64,000 bases of DNA from Nymphaea colorata (Eukaryota). The DNA lies in contig NC_045138.2 in assembly GCF_008831285.2 (NCBI RefSeq), forward strand, positions 22,258,001-22,322,000, in the 5' to 3' direction. The position numbers and the translations under genes are program-made. Within the stretch, counting starts at the first letter, position 1, and each line of letters opens with the position of its first letter. The notes beneath the pieces were generated by a model, which was given only the letters and a program-made list of their open reading frames with translations, did no database searches and was not told the DNA's origin. Positions 13,969 through 26,972 of this stretch are shown piece by piece.

Positions 13969-16900
13969 TTAGGGGCGGTGGAATGAACAACTCACCCTTA
14001 AAAATGGAAAAAAAAAAGTATGCATAAATAGTGTCATCTACTTTGGGTTTCTAGAACCTTTATAGGCTTCAAGTTGCATGTTTGGCATCTTGATGTTTCA
14101 TTTTAGTGTCAAAAAACTTTTGGCATGGAAAAGAGAAACATGAGTTTCTGTATTTTTAGTATTTTGACATAACATTTTCCTATGGAATGATTTTTCTAAT
14201 ATAACTATATGGTTCTCCATAGTGATGCTAAGATCGAGTTTGACTTTGGAGACAACAGAAAAAAGAAGAAGATAATAACATGAGTTAAATTGTTGTATAA
14301 CCACTGTCAACATGGTCTTAATTCAGCATGGAACTGGTGCAGTCCCTGATACAGGTTGTTAACAATTATAACCAGCTAGTATGAATTCACTTTAAATAGC
14401 TAAAGGTGAATCACATTGCTTTTACATTCAGAAATGAATGAGTTGCAATAGGCTTTTGCAAAGCTACACATTATCAGTTAGGAGAAATATGTAGATTGAG
14501 GAACTTGGTAGTGCTTCACAATTATTATGTTAGCATAAATGCAACCAAATGGAGGTTTGGAGGCTTCAGTTATGGAATCAGCAAATCTTATTTGACAAGG
14601 GACAACCAACTCTTATATTGAACTGATGGCAAAAAATGAAAATCATGCCCTATAAAGAATTATACAAATGTTCTAAATTATTAAAAATCTCTATTGACAA
14701 CACATGTAATCTATTCAATAGAGATCCAACTGATAAGACGAAACTATGACCGTGAAGCTTGCAACATCAGCCTATAATAGTCTAGTAGTTTTGATGTACA
14801 AAACGATTAATTGTGGTATGTTGTGTCATGCTAGCAGCCATCACCTATGAAAATTGTACCAACATTAGCTTCCCAATTGTTTTGATCATCCATCATCGTT
14901 TGACTTAGCATGATAGTTCTTGCCTTTCAAATGCATTACAAGACCAGATCTTTCAACTGAGAATGTTTGCTCTTTGTGTCATGAAAATAGTTTTAGATCA
15001 AGATCATTTGAGTTAGGCTGCCAACTTTGCTAATGCATGGGTAGTAAGAGCATGTAACTATGTTGCATTTGCTTCTCACTTTGTGTTATTACCTTGCACA
15101 TGCTCAAAACTTAATCATGAAAGGGAATGCAATAACACAGTATCTTAACCACCCAAATTTTGTACTGGACTATTTTTGAAATAACCACCCAATGACATCA
15201 TGTCACACATGAGAGCTCCTATGTCAACATAAGGAGAACAAGATCAAACTCTCCACTGCCATTTTGTATGTATCTCGAATTAACCATGCTTATTATAAAC
15301 TATATGTGTATGTTCTTCATGGGTCATTGACAAGCTATTTTTTACTTTCACAAGAAAATGAACATGTTTTACTTGGGATCTTTGATGTTGGTGTTGTCAC
15401 TTGCAAGTAATCGATCTGGCAATGGTTAGAACTTCAAAAATTTATAAATAATTGAGTTAACTAGAATTTGTTAGCAAAACAGATTCAAGGCCCTAGTCCA
15501 TAGTTGCATTTTGGACCCAAACTGAATGACATCAAAGTTATTAGCCTTTTCAAGTTGTGCATGCATTTAGGCCATAGAACAATTTGTGTTTCAAAGACCA
15601 AACATATGTTTGACAAGTACTTTTTCACTTAAACTTCTGAATAGTCAAACTTGGTTTTTAGCTCTAGCATTTAATCACAAGCCTTCCATAATAAACCAAT
15701 TTAGTTAGATACAAATGGAACTTTGATTCTCATCAAGCTCATATATTAAATGTCTTATGTATACCAACTTCAAATGGTTAGCAACGACAACTGTTATTCA
15801 TTTTTTCCATTCTCTAGATTACTATGTTCTTGTTTTGCAAATGTTAATATATCTTTATTTTGACATGTTCTGTTGTATACAAGGTCATCTCCTCCTAATC
15901 TTTTCAAGTAACTGAGCTTCTTTTTACCACCTCCACATGTCCATGTGTTTCATGCATGGATTTTTAAATTTCAGTATAAGGAATAAATTTGTTTGACCAT
16001 GTGAAAGTAGGGTATTGAAGCAAAAATAAGATATTGAAGCATCTTGACTATGGTTTGTAAATAGAATAATTGTTGTGCTGTTTATCATCTTTCGTATTCT
16101 ACCCTTTTGTTTGGCATCACAACCTTAAAGCTCTTCTTAAGTTTTGATAAGCATATAATTTTCTAAGTAAAAAAGAGAAACAATTATTATAGTATATTTT
16201 TGTTGTATTAATAATTTTTTTTATTAACTTTTACTTTGGCATCTTTAGGTTTTTGTGGAATTTTTGTTGTTGTGAACCATCTCTAGATGTCTTAGATGTT
16301 GGAAAGGTGAAAGATCATGCTCTTAGTTCATGAACAAGAGCATCTCCAATAAAAATTCATATGTCTGGAAGTGTTAGAAGAATGCAAGACAATTTTAGTG
16401 AGATATAAATTATCTTAGGCGCCTTTTTATTTTTCCATGTTCAATCAATACACATTATAGATTTGTCTTGTCAGCTTTACCTATTCATCTAGTACTCTTC
16501 CTATAAATTCTTCATCTGCACTTTTAATATCTTAGTTACAAAACAACCAGCTCAGCTAGCCCATTTTATTAGAACAAGGGTTGAATCCTCCATCCAACAT
16601 ATGTCATTTATTAGTGAACGAAAAGTTTATTTTTAATTTTGTTGTGCGTCTGTGCATCTCTAAGCAGGCCTCTCTACTGTCATGGCTTAGTGAGAGTGAA
16701 CAATCCTTGTAGGCATGTTTGAAATGCTTATGGGTGCTTGGTGTGACTATTTGCTTCTTTTTGTCACTTTCTTGTTTTCTTTATACTAAGGCTAGCGTTT
16801 TGTCATGATGCTATTAGGCCCTCAAAAGTGCCTACAACCCAACAGCTAAGCTATTAAAGAAAATTGTGAGTGAAATCTATTTTTGGATGGGTCATGACCA

Positions 16901-17589
16901 TGCTTCTACTTATACTACTAGCAGTGTAGCCTTTATATGTGTTGATATGTCTCTGGTTTGATGTATACTTGTGGGCATGTATTACTCATTTTTGTCCCTA
17001 TCCTTATTTCATTAAAAGCATCGTGAGCCTAAAATTCCTTGAAGGGATCCACCTTCTTTCTCTCTCTCTCTATGTGTGTGTAATCAATTTAGACAACTTC
17101 GTATTTGTATATGAAGAAAAAAAATGAAGATGGCCCACTACTAACAGTGTGATCGATGTCTCTCTTAGTGGCCTAGTTCTTTAAGGTGTTCCTCTTTGAT
17201 TCTACCTTGTGGCTACAATTGCATGGCTTTAGTTGGTTGATAATTTCTTTTACTAACTAAATCATTTTTGTTGTAGGAAGTAATCGATATGGCTCAAAAA
17301 AGTTAAATTGGTAAACACAAGCATGTTGAAAGGGGAATTACTGAAAGTTTATGTCATTATTTTTTTATAATAAATATATTTACAGACATTTTGTTTGTTA
17401 CAAATAGAATCAATGATGAGCATTTTTGTGGGGTTCTTGATTTTGTGCAATATTCTGTCAAAACAATGCAATGATAAATGACATTAGATGACATTGAGTC
17501 AAGTGTAACATTAATACAATGAAGAACTTGGGGGATGACATGATTTATCATTGTCTTTGTCCTTATGGAAATTAGATTTTTCATGGAGA

Positions 17590-20500
17590 GCGCATGTCAA
17601 CAAAGTATTTTATAAGAAAAAGTTCATGGCAATATCAAAATGATGCTGACCTGCAAGATTTGTTAGCTGATATGTTTACAAGCTCAACTACAAATTTGAG
17701 CAATGATGATGGTGTTAGTGAAACATTAATGGAAACAATGAAGAAGTATGCATTTTTTAGACTTTTGAAAGATATTGAACAATAGTTGTATCCATGATGC
17801 AAATTTTCAAAGTTGTCAACTTTTGTTTGACTTTATCAAATAAAGTGTTTAAGCAGATAGAGTAATAAAAGATTTAATCTGTTGTTGGAGTTTTTGAAAG
17901 AGCTCTTGTCAAATGCGAATTTGTTACTGTCATTTTATTATGAGATGCATAAGATCATTGGTGATTTAGGATTTAAACATAACAAGATTCATATGTCTTA
18001 ATGATTGCATGTTGTATAGGAAAGAAAATGCAAATAAAGATATCGGCTACATATATGATATTTCAAGATGGAAAGTTTTTGGAAGGGAAAGGGGAAATGA
18101 AAGTGTAGAGACATGATGGGTGGATGGAGCAAAATTCTTGCAAAAGTGATGTGACACTTTCCACAAATTTTAAGGCTTCAAAGTTGTTTATGCTGTCTAA
18201 AAGTGCTTCTTACATGTCATGACATCATGAGTGCCACATCAAAGATGCCATTTTATAACATCCAGCAGATTCTAGAGCTTGGATGTCATTTGATTATAAT
18301 AACATTGCTTTTGCATGCATGGTTTAGTAACTAATGGTTTCAATTCATTCAGAACAATGAGTGTAAGTTACAACACATAGCTACTAGTTGTTATTCTAAT
18401 CTGCCCCCTTAGATGGTTATGAAACACACAAACATGATTTTGAGATTATTAATTTCTGACACATCAAGTATTGGAAATAACATAAATATATACTTACAGA
18501 TGCCCATTAATGAACTACAAGATTGTGGGACAATGTAAATAATTATGATGCATTGAAAAATAAAAAGTCAAAATGTGTGTTGCATTGCTATGGACGATCA
18601 ATGATTTTCCTTCATAAACAAATTTATCAAGGTGGGACACTAAGGGTAAACTAGCATGTTCTCATTATCAATCTACAACCACATCTATTTATGGGCCATC
18701 AGTGACTTTTGTGAAATAATGATGTGTTTCATTGTATGATGCAGACAGTTGATGGAAATGTAGAACTACGAGGTGCACCAATAACTACTTCCAATAGTAA
18801 CATTTACTTAGAGGTATAACACATTACAAATATGTTTAAAAAAAAATAGTTAACTTCAATTATTAATATTTTCATTCAATTGAAAGAAAACAAGTATTAT
18901 TTTTAAATTTGCTATATTGGTAGTATAATGTCTTGCAACATAACTTAGATATGATGCACATTGAGAGGAACATGTGTGATAGTATTTTGCATATATTGTT
19001 GAACATAGACAGGAAAATGAAAGATTCTTAAGAGGCCAAGCTGGATATGCAAGATAGGAACATTAGACACTCACTTCATCTAATCAAGATGTCAAATAAA
19101 GCTTGTTTACCACCTGTTTTGTTTTCAATGACAATTAATGAAAAAAAAATTGTAAGGTTCTTAAAAACCTCGAAAGCTCTTATGGTTTTGCATTAAATAT
19201 TTAAACAGGTTTGCATTTAAAAAATATGAAAACATGAAGTCTCAAAAGTTATGGTTCTCATATTTTGATGCACCATGTTCTTCCATTAGCTATTACAAGA
19301 TCATTGTCTGAAATTATCAACAATGTCCTTTTTGAGTTATGTACATTTTTTAAGAAGTTATGTTCAAAGGCAGCAATTGAGAATGATTTTCAGCATTTGG
19401 ATAGACATTTGTATCATACTTTGCAAACTAGAGAAGATTTTTCTTCTTCCTTCCTGGATATCATGATGTATCCACATGTATACTTGGTCAAGGAAACAAT
19501 TTTAGGTGACCTGTGCAATATCAATAGACGTATCCCATTGAGAGGTTAATGTCAATTGTACCTTATTATTCTATTTCTTGTGTGTTAATGATATGATTAT
19601 TTATTGAAAAGTTTTTTTTTTTTTTGAACAGATATCTCATGACTCTTAAGTCAGAAATAAAATTCTTCCTAAAGGTTCAATTGCAAAAGGTTATTTAGCG
19701 AAAGAATGTTAGCATTTTATTCCAGATATCTTGTCTTGGACAAAATAAAGATGGTGACTATAATAATGATGAAGGGTCATGTAAGTTGCTAAGACATTGA
19801 CAACTTTTAGGGAAAAAAAAGTAATTTCACATTGATGATATCACATTGAAGCAAGCACACATATGTGTGTTATTTAATCATCATCAAATGACACCATATA
19901 TTGAGTAATTTATAAATATATTTTTATTGAATATATATTATTATTTCAATTTTGAAACTTTCATTGAATTTTTTCTTTGCAGACAACATTGAAGCTTTCT
20001 TTCAAGGCAACACAAAATAAAATATAATGAAGACATATCTCAAAAAAAGAATTTTCAAAATTGTTTAGGAAACATATACATCATCTATTTTCTATTGTTA
20101 TTTTACCTTATAAATAACTGATGGATGATGTCTAATTTAACGATAATGTTTTTCATATTCTCTTACATTTAAGTTGAAATAGTGGTTGGAAAATAAGTTT
20201 CAAAAGAAATTAGATGGTTGTCTCAAGGACCATTGAAAATGGCAAAAAAGGTATGAAGGATATCTCAGGGACCATCGCAGCTCTCTCAATCTCATTTTGA
20301 TAAGCCCATTTCAAATTCGTGTAAAATTTCATTTACAATGGATGTTGGCAACTCGTGAAGTCCCAACGGCCTTGGCTAGTATGAAAATTAAGAATTAAGC
20401 CCCAACAACTACTTTTGCAGGGAATTACAAGCACTCCTCACAACTAATGTGGTTGGAAGTTCTTTAAGAGTTCCCCACGGCGAGTACTATTGGGAATTCT

Positions 20501-20668
20501 AAAAAAATTCAGCCGATGTGCATTGGTAAAACCCTATACTATTGCAAACGGCTTTCGTTGTTGAAAACTGAATTCTCCACGGTAGTTTTCCTAACGGCAT
20601 TTCCCCACAGCTTTGGAGGATTTTGCCAACGACTTGAGCTGTGGCTAAAAACCAACATTGTTGTATTG
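17590..20668 (+). mobile_element. Decayed CACTA/En-Spm transposon (TnpD/Transposase_21 pseudogene with DUF4218-like part and probable 3' end)
   Basis: Interrupted peptide remnants: 'FFRLLKDIEQ*LYP', 'LYQIKCL', 'DLGFKHNKIH..NDCMLYRKEN', 'HPADSRAWMSFD', 'NGFNSF', 'WTINDFPS', 'HNLDMMHIERNMCD', 'LMHHVLPLAI', 'FELCTFFKKLCSK' and 'GSIAKGYLAKEC'. There are many stops and frameshifts. The 3' end 'ttgttgtattg' (to 20668) is one mismatch from the reverse complement of CACTACAACAA. Confidence 0.85.
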
Positions 20669-20736
20669 CTTACAAAGAGGAGGCTTCCAAACTTTGGAGG
20701 GTGGAATCTAGCAAGAGTTATGACAGGTCAATTGGT

Positions 20737-21247
20737 ACAAACATATGATGTGTTCTTCAATTGTCAAGCTAGATGGAGGTTCTTGATTGGAAGCATATGG
20801 AGGCATGTATCTACCTCCAAACTTGGTTTTAAGATTTCAAGCCATAAAACCAGCTAAATGAGCCAATGTAGTTTTATAGAGATTGTTCAATCTTCATAAG
20901 ACGTTTGACATAATGAGAAGATGGCAAGAAAGGACAAGAAGTTGTTGATTCATAGCCTTTGGAGGTAGTTTTCTTTATTTCTTGTGGATTTACAAGATCA
21001 TTAACAAATGTTGTGTTTTTGAATTGTGAAAAAAGAGAGCGATTGGTTGAAGGCATATATCTACCACAAGACTTGGTTTCAAAATCCCAACAACGTGACA
21101 AGCTAAAAGAGTCAATCCAGGTCTATGGGAATTGTTCTTTGTTCAAAGGACACTTAAATATAATGAGAAGATGGCAAGACAAAACAAGGAAGTTGTCGAA
21201 TTCCAAGTCTGGTAGGGAGTTCTCTTTGTTTCATGTGGATTTACATG

Positions 21248-21250
<3 letters not shown>
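20737..21250 (+). repeat. Diverged tandem duplication, period about 250 bp
   Basis: Shared blocks ataatgagaagatggcaaga, ggcat(g/a)tatctacc, acttggttt and tgtggatttaca recur about 250 bp apart. Confidence 0.8.

Positions 21251-21300
<50 letters not shown>
21250..21300. repeat. (TA)n microsatellite
   Basis: Direct read of the sequence. Confidence 0.95.
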
Positions 21301-24300
21301 AGCTGGGCTCTCCTCTTGCCATTGCCAAGGGGGCCCGTCGGTGCTTCCCTAAGAGGTTGATGGTCACAGGACACGTGTGTCCTGTTCAATAATTTTTCTA
21401 TCAAATGTCGTCCGTGGTACAGGATAGACATGACAGACAATCGAAGAAGGGTATAAATTACCGCCCATCCCTCACTGTTCCGAGCTAACCCTCGGAACAG
21501 CATGGAACATAACACCATCTCCCACCCCGAGCTTTCTTCGCGTCGAGCTTCTCCTCCTCCTCTGTCTCGTCTCTCCCCCTTTTCTCTTCTCAAGCTCCCC
21601 CTCACCCACCGCTCTCTCTCTTCCTCCATTCCATCAACTGACGAGTCGATCGTTTGCAGAAGCCCGTGTCTGTCATCTCCTCAGCCCGCCTCCACCGTAC
21701 TTCATCACCCCAGCACACCATCTCCGGCGTCTCTCAACCTTTCGTCTCTTTGTCGTCAAAGTGTCACTTGAAACTGGTGTCTTGGGAGAGAGGGGTTCCA
21801 GAGTCAAGAATGCGAGAATGTTCATGGCTATGCGGAGCAGTACGGGAAGATCAAGAGCGCAAAACAAGACAACGTGCTGGCGCCAGCCATGGATGGCGAG
21901 TTTGTCCTCTCTGGAATCGCCCAGTTGCTTGGGGCAGGCTATCGATCGTGCTGAAGTAGGGGCCGACCCGAAGGGGCTCTTCGCCTTTCCGATCATGAAA
22001 GGCTGCATTTTTTTTTTATCTTGATCCTTCTGTTTCTTTCTTTCTGGGTTTTGGTGCTTGCCATGTATAGGCTGATCCTTGTCATGTCAGTTAAGAAGAT
22101 TGATTCATGTATAGGAAAATCGAAGGAGGATTATGGCAACGAGATTTCCTTCTGAACTTTTTCCCCTTTTCTGGTCCTTACCAGTGGTTCTTTCTTGTCT
22201 GTCCTAAACTCCTAGGAGGCCAAAAACAAGAACTCTGTGATCAAAATCCCTTAATCGCTGCCAATGTTGATGTTAATTCCCTAGCTTTATGTACAAAACC
22301 AATTTTGGCATCTCCAGTGAAAGCTTCAAGGAATTGTAAAAGGGAAATTCTGCAAAGATAACAGTGACAACATTGATGGAAGTCAGAGGACTGCTGCTGC
22401 ATGAAGGAACTTCTTCGAAAGTTGGAGTAATCTTTTTCTTGCCTTGCGAGTATGCAAAATAAAGCCAAAGAAGGAACAAAGGCCCTGAGTAACTTTGAGT
22501 AGTTCTTGAATGACTGTAGATCCTTCAGGCTCCCAAGATGCAGATACCAAGGAAAAGCAGAAGAAGACTAACAACTTTGGACATTCACTTGGGCAGGATG
22601 CCTATGGCATAATGTTCAGAGGAGTAAAAAGCTAGCACTCTTGCACCAACAGAATTGGCTAAGAAGTCTTACAGAGATGGCACACAACTCATCAACTAAG
22701 ATCTGCCACAAGAGCATCATTTTCCTTCTCGGGCAACTCGTCAAAGGCTCCCAAAGGACTTCTGCATATGAACTCATGACTAATTAATGGTTCTCTAGTG
22801 AACTTCAGTTCATTTACAAGCAATTGAATATCTGCATCATTGATGTGACTTGTGAAATGTTCATTTGAAGATCAAGCCCAAGAATATCTTACTAGATCTT
22901 GATTTTGCACCCAAAGATTTCTGGTTTTGGTTTAGTAGAATCGAATGGTAAAGAAAAGAATGGGGTTTGTATTGCAGCAGAAAAGGGCGAATAAGATATA
23001 TTTCAGCCTTAATAAGATCTCTTACAAGCCCGAAGTTTAGACCTTCAGACTTGACATATTTGGAATAAGAAAAAACAGAGAATCAAATGTTGGCATCTCC
23101 AGTGAAAGCTTGAATGAACTAAAAAAGGGAAATTGTACAAAGATAACAGTTACAGCATTGTGGTGCATATAATGGAAGTCAGAGGACTACTGCTGCATGA
23201 AGCAACTTCTTAGAAAGTCTAAAGCTGGGTTAAAGATCCATCTGCTCTGCCAAATCATTATTACCCTGCAATTCAACTGGGAGGCCTAGGTGATGATTCT
23301 AGTTCAAGCCAGTCAGAAAGCTAATGAGCTTTTAATCACCTTAATTTGCAAATTTTTTATTCTCAGAGTTTGTACAAAAGAAAATAATAGCAAAATGCTA
23401 TATTGATTTTAGCAAAATGGAAAATTGGTTTTGTACATGAAGATATTATGTGAAAGTGATCCTTGTTGCTAGCATTGGTTGCACCTGTGTCTACACCATC
23501 TGAGAATTCCTGCCTGGTTATATCTGAATCATATCTGTCTCCCACTGATGGTGCATGTGATGAAGTTCCACAAATTTCAAGAGGAAAACTATCATAATTT
23601 GAGCATCAACCTGTTTGGGATAATATTTTTAACCTCATCAGCTAACTGAATAAGTAAAGGACTTCTTAAAATGCTAGCGACCTTTCCATTTCCATTAACA
23701 GCATTTATAACCCACTGGCCCACTGGGCTACCATTGTTCATGAAGACAGGACAGTAGTGTAATAGACAAGACATCCTGTCTGTGCTGTCCCAGTGGACAG
23801 CAATCAAACGACCTCTAAGTGGTGCTGCCTGGTGGAGCCCCAGTGGACTGACCAGTGATGGCAGGGGGAGAGCGGCAGCTGTGGGAGTGGGAAAGGGAGG
23901 AGGAAGGGGGGAGAGAAAGGAGACAGAGAGATAGAGGAGAAAGATATGTGCCATCTGATTGTAGATCGGACGGTTCAGGTTTGATCTCTCCTCATATCCA
24001 TATTTGTGAAGTCACCATTCAAGTTTCATATATACATAATGGCATCCATATGTCCTGTGATTCGTATACTGTATTGGTAATATTTTGATGTCCAAACATT
24101 CTAGAATAATAAAAATGATAATTTTTAAATTATTTATTGAAGTTATGAATCATCAACAAATGGCTATTTAGTTTAATACCCTATAAACATGCAATGAAAG
24201 TCCATGATGTTTTGCTGAATCTTATAAGTTTTCATATGTCTAATCCTATTATTTGATTGCATTCCCCAAAAACAGTTTAAGAAATGATAGACTTTTGGTG

Positions 24301-24851
24301 TCGCTTTTTCGTGCATCGTAATTAAAGTTCCATTTCCCTCTCACTCTAGAAAATTTGATCCTTACTACTAATGCTAAGGACAACTCAAATGACCCAGTTT
24401 GTTTCTCTTGCTAGCTATTGAAAGTATATTAATTTACTTAATTTGTTTGATGATCATGAAGTGAAGTACCGATAGTTTTCTCAGTTGGCTCCTTTATCAT
24501 TTAAAGATGACCAAAAGCATTGAGAGAAAAGAGTTGGGGTGAGAGAGAAAGAGGGAAAAACTGTACGAGGCACAAGAGGGAGAAAGACTTTTGACCATAA
24601 CAACTCACTCTCAAGACAACCGGCGGAACTAGGCTTGAATATCTCCTTACTGAAAACTTATTATTAAGTAGTTAATGAAAAAATAGACAAATTCAATTAT
24701 TTACGTGTGATGGGGCAGGATCCATTCTTCAAACCACAGATATTTATCTATGCTCTACAGTAAAATTGGCTGCCATCAAATGCTCCCTAAAGGAATTAAC
24801 TTCTTGTTGCCACTTGGGAATGGTCGATTACTCAACTATTTAGGTTATTGA

Positions 24852-25731
24852 TGTTAAAAAAAAAACAAAAGAAATAAAATAAATAAGAACAAGCAATGAG
24901 AAACTTATTTTCATTAAACGTTCATGGTTTTTCACCATTGAAGGCCATCACGAGACTTGATTACACAAAGCATACAAAGAACTTAAATAGGTGAAGATCC
25001 CATAATCTTGACAACGATAAGCATAGGAAACTGAATCTGATTTTGTGAAAAGTTTTTATTTCCTTTTATCATTAATTTTAATTGATCTTACTAGGATTCT
25101 TTCCTTTGATCTCTTTAAAACGGCTGCCTTTCAATGTTATCGTTAACATCCTCCCTCAAACTGGACGATGGATCTAAGAGTCCAAGTTTGCTGCAGAACT
25201 TTGTAAAAGGTAATTATGTCATCTCTTTGGCAGTGATTCAGTGAGCCCAAATTTGCTTTATGAAGTTTTTGTGAAGGTATATCATGCTCTAGCAGCGATT
25301 CAGAAATCCCAAGTTTAATTCCTTAAGATTTTTTTTTACAGGATCGAGTCCTCGCTTTGATGAAGAAGGCAGCGATATATTTGGTTGTCTAGAGGCCATC
25401 TATGGTCTTTATTCTTATTCATCAAGCATTCTGCTTCGATACCATGTTAAAATAATATAAAATAAATATGAACAAGCAATGAAAAGCTTATTTTCATTAA
25501 ACGTGCATAGTTTTTCACCATGGAAGGCCATCACGAGCTTTGATTATACAAATCATACAAAGAACTTAAATAGGTGAAGATCCCATAATTTTGGCAACGA
25601 TAAGCATAGAAAACTAAATCTGATTTTGTGGAAAGATTTTATTTTCCTTTATCATTAATTTTGATTGATCTTGCTGGAATTCTTTCCTTTGATATCTCTA
25701 AAACGGTTGTCTTTCAACCTTATCATTAACA
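24852..25731 (-). mobile_element. TRIM (terminal-repeat retrotransposon in miniature), 880 bp
   Basis: Two TG..CA direct repeats at 24852-25148 and 25445-25731. On the minus strand there is a PBS 'tggtatcgaagc' (tRNA-iMet-like, 25433-25444) and a PPT 'tttgagggagga' (25149-25160). The TSD is attga/attgg and the interior is about 296 bp non-coding. Confidence 0.9.
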
Positions 25732-26746
25732 ATTGGACCAATCATGCTTAGACTACCCATAAGGCCACATTTGAATACGTGGTATTCTACTACAGAAGCA
25801 GAACATGGACTAAACAATTCATGAAAATTCTATGGCAAAGCAAATATGAAACTTTAATCTCATGTGTTTTTGCTTGGTCCCAATATTTTGGTTCAGCATT
25901 AGAAACATGTCGAACTTTTGAGAGAGAAAGAAAGTCATTCGAATTCCATCTAAACAGATGGAACAAAAGGTCAAGGTCATCATGCAAGATGTGATAGGTG
26001 GGACCTGATACTTTTGTTCCACCTGACAACTATCTGGTACTAAATGTCTGACATTTTAGTGGAAGGCATTTTAATACTATGTATTCAAACATCGCTTAAG
26101 AGTACACCAACACTGTCAGTGAACATCCTAACCGCTGCCCCACTCTTATGCTAGCTCATGATGTAGCCTCATCTTCCTGGAACCAAAGATTCACACTTCT
26201 GGAAAATAGTTGGCTAGTCAGTCCAAGTATTGTATATCCTTTTCCTGCAGTAGCATTTAGATATGACAAGGGACACCCATCTCACTGATTAGTTTAAGAC
26301 AATTTGCATATTCTCAAATTACTATTGATGGTTTAGCAAGGGCGGGGTCATTAGAGTCTTCCTTTTCCAAAAGGTTGCTGTAAATGGAGGTTCACATCAA
26401 TTCATACATCGAAGGTGATTTGAGATATTGGAAATTCAAATCCAAGAACTTCAGATCCTTGGTTCCTAATAACAATTTGAAATTCTTTTTTGAAAGACAT
26501 AAATCACATCATGAATTTCTAATCTTTGCATCTTAAAATTGATCCATCTTAAGTTAGATCCTTTCCCCTCTGACTTGAGATCTATGGGTATGAAGTATAA
26601 TAAAAATCTTAAATCTATTATCCTCAAATTTATAGTAATTAGGTCATTGGATCAAACACTTGGGCCGGCCCGATTAAAAAAATCCATCGGACTGGGCTGG
26701 CCCCGGTCGGGCATTAGTGGCCCAACTAGGCCTTATGTATATATAT

Positions 26747-26972
26747 AGTGACTCTGACTATGCAGAGTTACCCATCCATCTAATTAGGGCCATCCATCTG
26801 ATGAAGATGAACGGTTGAGAGAAAAACATGAAGAAAAAATTTAGTAACTAATGTTAGATGGCGAAAATGTCTATCATTGTTTTCTCTTTTTTTTTTCTTT
26901 TAACCGTCCATCATGATGAATCGGACTATCTTGGTTAGATGGCTGGGTGACTCTAAAAAACCAAAATCACTG
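26747..26972. mobile_element. Foldback MITE with long imperfect inverted repeats, inside a larger gggccggccc-repeat MITE (about 26640-27296)
   Basis: 'agagttacccatccatctaa' pairs with 'ttagatggctgggtgactct', and 'gatgaacggttga' pairs with 'ttaaccgtccatc'. Confidence 0.7.

Larger units (their letters stand above)
11575..14017 (+). mobile_element. tRNA-derived SINE split by the Harbinger insertion (parts about 11575-11727 and 13972-14017)
   Basis: The head has an A-box-like 'ggcagcggcaaggtgg' and a B-box 'GGTTCGAGTC'. The sequence resumes after the TTA duplication and ends in an A-rich tail. Confidence 0.6.

Noticed and set aside
15350..16000. Possible MuDR transposase remnant on the minus strand
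   Set aside because: Only faint motif resemblance; it cannot be supported without an HMM search.
17136..17147. CACTACTAACA as the 5' TIR of the CACTA element
   Set aside because: No subterminal repeats follow and there is no matching 3-bp TSD, so it may be chance.
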